From Aquificaceae bacterium (GTDB taxonomy: Bacteria; Aquificota; Aquificia; Aquificales; Aquificaceae), in contig JBCNVD010000022.1 in assembly GCA_039630345.1 (NCBI GenBank), forward strand, positions 1 to 21,918: 21,918 nt of DNA, given 5' to 3'. Position numbers and translations under genes: made by a program. This document shows, piece after piece, positions 16,447-21,918 of this stretch (positions are counted from its first letter, which is position 1; every line of letters begins with the position of its first letter). Below the pieces are notes generated by a model. It did no database searches. It saw only the letters and a list, made by a program, of their open reading frames with translations, and was not told where the DNA came from.

Positions 16447-18068
16447 AAAAAGTCCTGATAATAGGTAGCGGTCCAAACCGCATAGGTCAGGGTATTGAGT
16501 TTGATTATGCCTGTGTCCATGCAAGTCTTGCTCTAAGGGAGCTAGATATCAAAACAATTATGCTAAATTGCAACCCGGAAACTGTCTCAACCGATTTTGA
16601 CATATCAGACAGGCTTTACTTTGAACCAATAACGATAGAGAGAGTGCTTGATGTTATAAACAGAGAATCCCCCGACGGGGTTTTTATACAATTTGGAGGG
16701 CAAACCCCCCTAAAGCTTGCCCTTGAGCTTGAAAAAAACAGGGTTAATATCCTTGGTACAAAACCCTCAAGCATAGACCTTGCAGAAGATAGAGCTCTTT
16801 TTAAAAATCTTGTCGAGTCTTTGGGCTTTCGCCAGCCAAGGAGCGAGGTAGCTTTTAATTTAGAAGAAGCCATAAGACGGGCAAACAGCGTCGGCTTTCC
16901 GGTTTTAGTCAGGCCTTCTTATGTCCTTGGCGGAAGAGCCATGAAAATCATCCACGACCCGGAAGAGCTCTCTCATTACCTTAAAGAGGCCGTGGAAGTA
17001 AGCGAGCAAAGACCTGTGCTTATTGACGAGTTTTTATCCAGCAGCGTCGAGGTCGATGTTGACGCAATATCAGATGGCCAGGATTGTTTAATAGGCGGGG
17101 TTATGGAACATATAGAAGAAGCAGGCATCCACTCAGGTGACAGCGCAGCCAGCATCCCTCCATACACTCTCGAAAGCGATCTAATAGCCGAGATAAAGAG
17201 CCAAACAAGAGCTCTTGCCAAAGCCCTTAATGTCTGCGGGCTTTTAAATGTCCAGTTTGCAATAAAAGACGGTCAAATATACATCCTTGAAGCAAATCCT
17301 CGCTCTTCGCGAACGATTCCCTTTATCAGTAAAGCCATAGGCTATCCACTTGCCAAGATTTCTGCTCTTGTGGGCGTTGGTATAACTCTAAGGTCCCAGC
17401 TCCCTGAGGTTTTTAAAAGGCTAGAGAGCTCTAATTTAGCAAGCGACTTTTTACCGCCTGATTTTAACCTCTTTGCGGTAAAGGAGGTTGTTTTTCCTTG
17501 GGAGCGCTTTCCAGAAGAAGACCCCCTTCTTGGTCCTGAGATGCGCTCAACCGGCGAGGTTATGGCCTTTGGACCAACATTTGGAATAGCTTATTATAAA
17601 GCCCAGCTCTCGGCAGGCAACAGACTTCCCCTCTCTGGCTCGGTTTTTGTAAGTGTCTCGGATGCGGATAAACCAAAAGCGCTAGAGCTTTGCAAAGGGC
17701 TAATAGACCTTGGCTTTGAAATATACGCAACCGAAGGCACCCACAATTTTCTAAAGAGCCACTCAATTCCTTCAAAGAGGGTTTCAAAGCTCTCTCAGGG
17801 CAATCCAAACGCCCTTGACCTTATCAAAGAGCAAAAGCTAAACCTCATTATCAATACCCCCTCTGGCAAAAGAGAGCGAAGCGACGCCAAAAGAATTCGC
17901 CAGCTTGCAATTTTTTATCGCATACCTTACACTACCACCTTAAGAGGCGCATACGCAATGCTAGAGGCCATAAAGGAATACTCAAAAACTAAAGAGCTCC
18001 CCCTCTTTGCCCTTCAAGATATAACAAAGAGCGCGCCTTCGGCGCATAGCTATGCACCGCAAAGCTAA
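16443..18068 (+). CDS. carB: Carbamoyl-phosphate synthase large subunit, C-terminal half (split CarB)
   Basis: Start reassigned to ATG 16443 ([22 protein letters not shown]). Only one ATP-grasp unit ([34 protein letters not shown]), followed by the MGS domain (SVSDADK, ATEGT, INTP, YTTT). Confidence 0.95.
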   Translation: [541 protein letters not shown]

Positions 18069-18273
18069 AGCTATCAAAACAAACACCAAAATAGCCCTCT
18101 ATATCAAAAGCCTCATCAGAAAACATAAATACCTGACTGTAGAGGACATAATGCTGCTTTTGGAAAAGTACTATTCCCTCCCTATATCTGTCCCGGGAGT
18201 ATACTACCGCTATAAAAAGCTAATCCGCCTTTGCAGAAAGGAGGTTTACCTTGAGAGAAGAAAAGGTCTATGA
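18052..18273 (+). CDS. Small, very basic hypothetical protein (73 aa)
   Basis: Fills the carB-lpdA gap exactly and overlaps both genes; K/R- and Y-rich; no recognisable motif. The start is uncertain. Confidence 0.7.
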   Translation: MHRKAKAIKTNTKIALYIKSLIRKHKYLTVEDIMLLLEKYYSLPISVPGVYYRYKKLIRLCRKEVYLERRKGL

Positions 18274-19624
18274 CCTTGTGATAATAGGTGCAGGAAGCGG
18301 CGGATACGAAGGCGCAATCTACGCAAAAAGACATAAACTCCAGAATGTTGCGCTTATAGAGCTATCAAGAGAAACTCTTGGGGGCAATTGTCTAAATCGC
18401 GGTTGCATACCTTCAAAGCATTTAAGGCACGGCGCATACATTCTTGAAAAAATTTCCTCTTCTGAGCAATTTGGTTTTAGGGTAAAATCCGTTGAATTTT
18501 CAATAAAAGACCTATCCTATCACAGAAACAGAATAATCACCACCATTCGCGAAAATTTTGAAAAGCTTCTGTCCCAGCTTGGTGTAGACCTATATTTTGG
18601 CAAAGCAAGGCTTTTGTCGCCAAATGAGATCCTTCTGGAAGGAACATCAAAGACAATAAAGACCAAAAACATCCTCCTTGCAACGGGCTCTTCGCCAAAG
18701 CACTATGGCTTTAGCGTAAACCAAAGACGCATCTTTGACACAGACGGCATATGGTCTTTGGATTTTATCCCTAAAAAACTCCTCATAGTAGGCGGAGGGG
18801 TAGTTGGCGTGGAATTTGCTTACATATTCCAGATGTATGGCTCAAATGTCACTTTAATAGAGCTAAAAGAAAGACTTATGCCAACTCCTTATATTCCTGA
18901 AGAGTCCTCAAGGTTTTTAACAAGAAAACTCAAAAAAATAGGTGTAGATGTGAAGCTAAATACATCTGTTTTGGATGTTAAAGAACTCCCTGATTCTGTT
19001 TTTGTTAAATTCAGTAACGGTCAGGAAGATAACTTTGACTGCGTTCTCATTGCGCTTGGGAGAAGTCCAAACACCTCAGACCTTGGGTTAAAAGATTTAG
19101 GGATTAAATTATTGGGAGATTTTATTGACATAAACCCATTTTGTCAAACATCAATAAATAACATCTATGCCTGCGGTGATATAACATCACCTTTGATGCT
19201 TGCTCATAAATCGATGCATCAGGCAAGGGTTGCTGTGGATAATATCCTTGGCATAAACTCCAAAAAAGAAGAAGATATTTTTATCCCAAGGATAGTCTAT
19301 TCAGCCTATGAGATTGCCTCTTTTGGTATCTCTCAGGACGAAGCGGAAGAAATAGACGATGCAAAAATAGGCGTGATTTCTTTTAGCACAAATCCAAAAG
19401 CCATGGACGATGGCGAAGCGGAGGGCTTTGTAAGGGTAATTTGCTCAAAAGATGGGAAAATCCTGGGTTGCCACATCCTTGGTCCTTGTGCAGGAGAGCT
19501 CCTGCATCAGGTTTTACATATCTACAGGGCAAATTTAGACGCTCATAGCTTCTCTCGCTCCTTGTTTACCCACCCTTCGCTATCTGAGTCAGTGGTGCAG
19601 GCTTTTGAGCTTGCGCTTTTGTAG
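18251..19624 (+). CDS. lpdA: Dihydrolipoamide dehydrogenase (E3 / L-protein)
   Basis: IIGAGSGG, redox disulfide LGGNCLNRGCIPSK, ATGS, GGGVVGVE, IYACGD, MLAHK, C-terminal HPSLSE. AAGGAGG SD before the TTG. Confidence 0.93.
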   Translation: MREEKVYDLVIIGAGSGGYEGAIYAKRHKLQNVALIELSRETLGGNCLNRGCIPSKHLRHGAYILEKISSSEQFGFRVKSVEFSIKDLSYHRNRIITTIRENFEKLLSQLGVDLYFGKARLLSPNEILLEGTSKTIKTKNILLATGSSPKHYGFSVNQRRIFDTDGIWSLDFIPKKLLIVGGGVVGVEFAYIFQMYGSNVTLIELKERLMPTPYIPEESSRFLTRKLKKIGVDVKLNTSVLDVKELPDSVFVKFSNGQEDNFDCVLIALGRSPNTSDLGLKDLGIKLLGDFIDINPFCQTSINNIYACGDITSPLMLAHKSMHQARVAVDNILGINSKKEEDIFIPRIVYSAYEIASFGISQDEAEEIDDAKIGVISFSTNPKAMDDGEAEGFVRVICSKDGKILGCHILGPCAGELLHQVLHIYRANLDAHSFSRSLFTHPSLSESVVQAFELALL

Positions 19625-19635
19625 GAGGTAATTTA

Positions 19636-21570
19636 ATGAACAGACTCATAAACGAACGAAGCCCTTATCTAAAGAAGAGTTCAAATCAGCCAGTTGACTG
19701 GTATCCCTGGTGCGAGGAGGCTTTTTCAAAAGCCAGAGAGTTTGATAGACCTATTCTCCTTTCAATAGGCGGGGTTTGGTGTCACTGGTGTCATGTGATG
19801 GCTCACGAGAGCTTTGAAAACCAAGAGATCGCAAAAATCATCAACGAAAACTTCATAGCAATAAAAGTCGACAGAGACGAAAGACCGGACATAGACAGGC
19901 GCTATCAGGAGGTCGTTTTTGCTCTCACTGGCAGCGGTGGCTGGCCACTGACCGTTTTTTTAACCCCTGAGGGCGAGGCTTTTTTCGGGGGCACTTACTT
20001 TCCTCCCGAAGATAGATGGGGAAGAGTAGGCTTTAAAAACCTGCTCCTTAGGATTTCAGACCTTTGGAAAAGCGAAAGAGATAGAGTTTTATCCTCTGCA
20101 AGGAGCATATCAAGCTCTCTAAGGTCTTACAACTCTCAAAACTACAAAGACCACATAAGCTACGAACTCTTAAGTGCAGGTATATCAGCAACCCTTGCAA
20201 GTATTGATTACAACTTTGGAGGTCTTGGCTCTGCACCAAAGTTTCACCACGCCAAGGCTTTTGAGCTCCTAATTTATCACTACTTTTTTAGCCCCTCAGA
20301 ACCTCTAAGGCGCGCAATAGAGCTCTCACTTGATGCCATGGCTCTTGGAGGTATTTACGATCACTTGCTTGGGGGCTTTTTCAGATACTCAACCGACGAG
20401 CGATGGCTAGTTCCTCACTTTGAAAAGATGCTCTACGATAATGCAGAGCTCTTAAAGCTCTACTCAATTGCGTATAAAGTTTTCAAAAAAGACCTCTACT
20501 CCTATGTGGCAAAGGGTATAGTCTCATATTACAGACAAAAAGCCTCTGATATATCAGGCGGATTTTATGCCTCTCAGGACGCTGACATAGGAACTCTTGA
20601 CGAAGGCGGGTATTACACTTTTAGCCTTGAAGAGCTAGAGAGTGCTTTAAGTTCTGAAGAGTCAAGGGTTGCAAGCCTCTATTTCGGCGTAGGTCCAAAG
20701 GGTCATATGCACCACAATCCCAAAAAGTGCGTTTTATCCATTGCAGAGAGCGAAGAGAGGGTTGCAAACCTGTTATCTGTTGAAAAATCCAGAGTAAAAG
20801 AGCTCATTGAAAGCTCCAGAGAGAAACTTCTAAAGTATAGAGAATCCAGCCGTCAGGAACCTTTTATAGACAAAAGCATCTACTCTGGCTGGAACGGGTT
20901 GATGATTGAGGCTTTTTGCGATTATTATAAGGTCTTTCGCGATAGCTTTGCTCTTGAGTTTTCAATTAAAACTCTTGAAAGGATTCAAAAAGATCTGGTC
21001 GTTGATAACCTGCTTATGAGAGTTTCAGGTATTGAGGGAACTTCAGAGGATTATATCTTTCTCTCACGCGGAGCTCTTGCTCTTTATGAAATTACCCAGT
21101 CTCAAGCTTATCTTGATTTTGCCAGATGGCTCTTAATAAGAGCCAGAGAGCTCTTCTGGGATAGCTCTGATTGGGGATTTTTTGACGCCAAAGAGGGTAA
21201 TTACGGGCTTTTGAAAGTCAGGATAAAAAACCTTCATGATAGTCCAGTTCAGTCCGCAAACGGCTCTGCGCCGGAGGTTTTGCTAAAGCTTTATGCATTA
21301 ACCGGAGAGAGCGAGCTTTTTGACATTGCGGAAAAGACCCTGCAGGCTTTTTCGGCACTAATTCGCTCTCACCCTTCAATATCTCACTCTTACCTTATAA
21401 GTCTCTACACTTACATCAAAGGCGTATACAAAATCCAGACAGAGCAGTTTTTCGATAAAGCTCTTGATAAGTTTCGCCCATTTAAAATCGTCAAAAGAGA
21501 CCAAGTTGATGGAATCATCGTTTGCGAAGGTCAAAGTTGCAAAAGTTTTTCCTCTTTCGAAGAGCTCTAA
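19636..21570 (+). CDS. Thioredoxin-domain protein YyaL/SSP411 (DUF255 plus alpha/alpha barrel)
   Basis: NRLINERSPYL, PVDWYPW, WCHWCHVMAHESF, KVDRDERPDID, GGWPLTVFLTP, GGFFRYSTD..W.VPHFEKMLYDNA. AGGAGG SD. Confidence 0.93.
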   Translation: MNRLINERSPYLKKSSNQPVDWYPWCEEAFSKAREFDRPILLSIGGVWCHWCHVMAHESFENQEIAKIINENFIAIKVDRDERPDIDRRYQEVVFALTGSGGWPLTVFLTPEGEAFFGGTYFPPEDRWGRVGFKNLLLRISDLWKSERDRVLSSARSISSSLRSYNSQNYKDHISYELLSAGISATLASIDYNFGGLGSAPKFHHAKAFELLIYHYFFSPSEPLRRAIELSLDAMALGGIYDHLLGGFFRYSTDERWLVPHFEKMLYDNAELLKLYSIAYKVFKKDLYSYVAKGIVSYYRQKASDISGGFYASQDADIGTLDEGGYYTFSLEELESALSSEESRVASLYFGVGPKGHMHHNPKKCVLSIAESEERVANLLSVEKSRVKELIESSREKLLKYRESSRQEPFIDKSIYSGWNGLMIEAFCDYYKVFRDSFALEFSIKTLERIQKDLVVDNLLMRVSGIEGTSEDYIFLSRGALALYEITQSQAYLDFARWLLIRARELFWDSSDWGFFDAKEGNYGLLKVRIKNLHDSPVQSANGSAPEVLLKLYALTGESELFDIAEKTLQAFSALIRSHPSISHSYLISLYTYIKGVYKIQTEQFFDKALDKFRPFKIVKRDQVDGIIVCEGQSCKSFSSFEEL

Positions 21571-21918
21571 AGACTGTAGCCAAAGTTTTTCACTATCTCG
21601 GGTCTATCTTTCCAGCCCGGTTTTACCTCTACGAATAGCTCAAGAAACACTTTTCTGCCTGTCATTAACTCAAGTTCTTGTCTTGCCAGTTGCCCTATGG
21701 ACTTTAGTTTTTGACCTCCTTTTCCTATAACTATGGGTTTGTGGTTTTCTCTCTCTACTATGATTTTTGCGTTTATGACCAGCATCTCTTTGTCTAATTT
21801 ACCCTGTGAGATGTTTTCAACTATTACCGCAACGCCCTGAGGCACTTCTTGATAGACTTTTTGCAAAACCTTTTCTCTTATGATTTCTGCTGAGATTATC
21901 CTAAGTGGCAAGTCAGTA
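21567..21918 (-). CDS. era: GTPase Era, C-terminal KH-domain part (5' end outside the window)
   Basis: Frame is open to the window edge: TDLPLRIISAEIIREK...QEVP...VERENHKPIVIGKGGQKLKSIG..AR..LE...KVFLELFVEVKPGW. Confidence 0.95.
   Translation of the reverse strand, partial: TDLPLRIISAEIIREKVLQKVYQEVPQGVAVIVENISQGKLDKEMLVINAKIIVERENHKPIVIGKGGQKLKSIGQLARQELELMTGRKVFLELFVEVKPGWKDRPEIVKNFGYSL

Noticed and set aside
16413..18068. Half-length carB as a pseudogene or frameshifted gene
   Set aside because: Clean start coupled to nuoF, intact motifs, and a known split architecture in Aquifex.
1..21918. CRISPR array, IS element, prophage, riboswitch or defence system
   Set aside because: No repeat-spacer periodicity, transposase or phage-like ORF seen, and no intergenic space longer than about 45 nt apart from the tRNA.

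Overview
Very gene-dense stretch of bacterial core chromosome, most likely from an Aquificaceae member (Aquifex/Hydrogenobacter/Thermocrinis-like). The assignment rests on Aquifex-type NuoE/NuoF standing apart from other nuo genes, a split CarB half, the EALKV biotinyl motif in AccB and a CCA-less tRNA. Minus-strand block: purK-phoR-like kinase, a hairpin, then mrcA(PBP1A)-pyrD-efp-accB-osmC-like-trpA (partial). Middle: pdxA (+) converging on a FAD-dependent NADH oxidase/CoADR-like gene (-). Plus-strand block, overlapping or abutting over about 12 kb: tRNA-Leu(TAG)-tig-clpP-clpX-skp-lpxD-mqnD-nuoE-nuoF-carB(C-half)-73 aa basic ORF-lpdA-yyaL/DUF255. It converges on era (partial). I found no mobile element, CRISPR array, prophage or defence system, and I cannot support a clearly new biological system. 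Best leads: (i) recurring -10 hexamers 6-9 nt before SD-less start codons (leaderless and bidirectional promoters); (ii) a tRNA whose discriminator base is the first base of the tig Shine-Dalgarno; (iii) a strongly iterated palindrome AGAGCTCT; (iv) an oligonucleotide-composition break near 1844; (v) the small ORF-Lpd-DUF255 redox trio. All identifications come from motif recognition and recall, not database searches.
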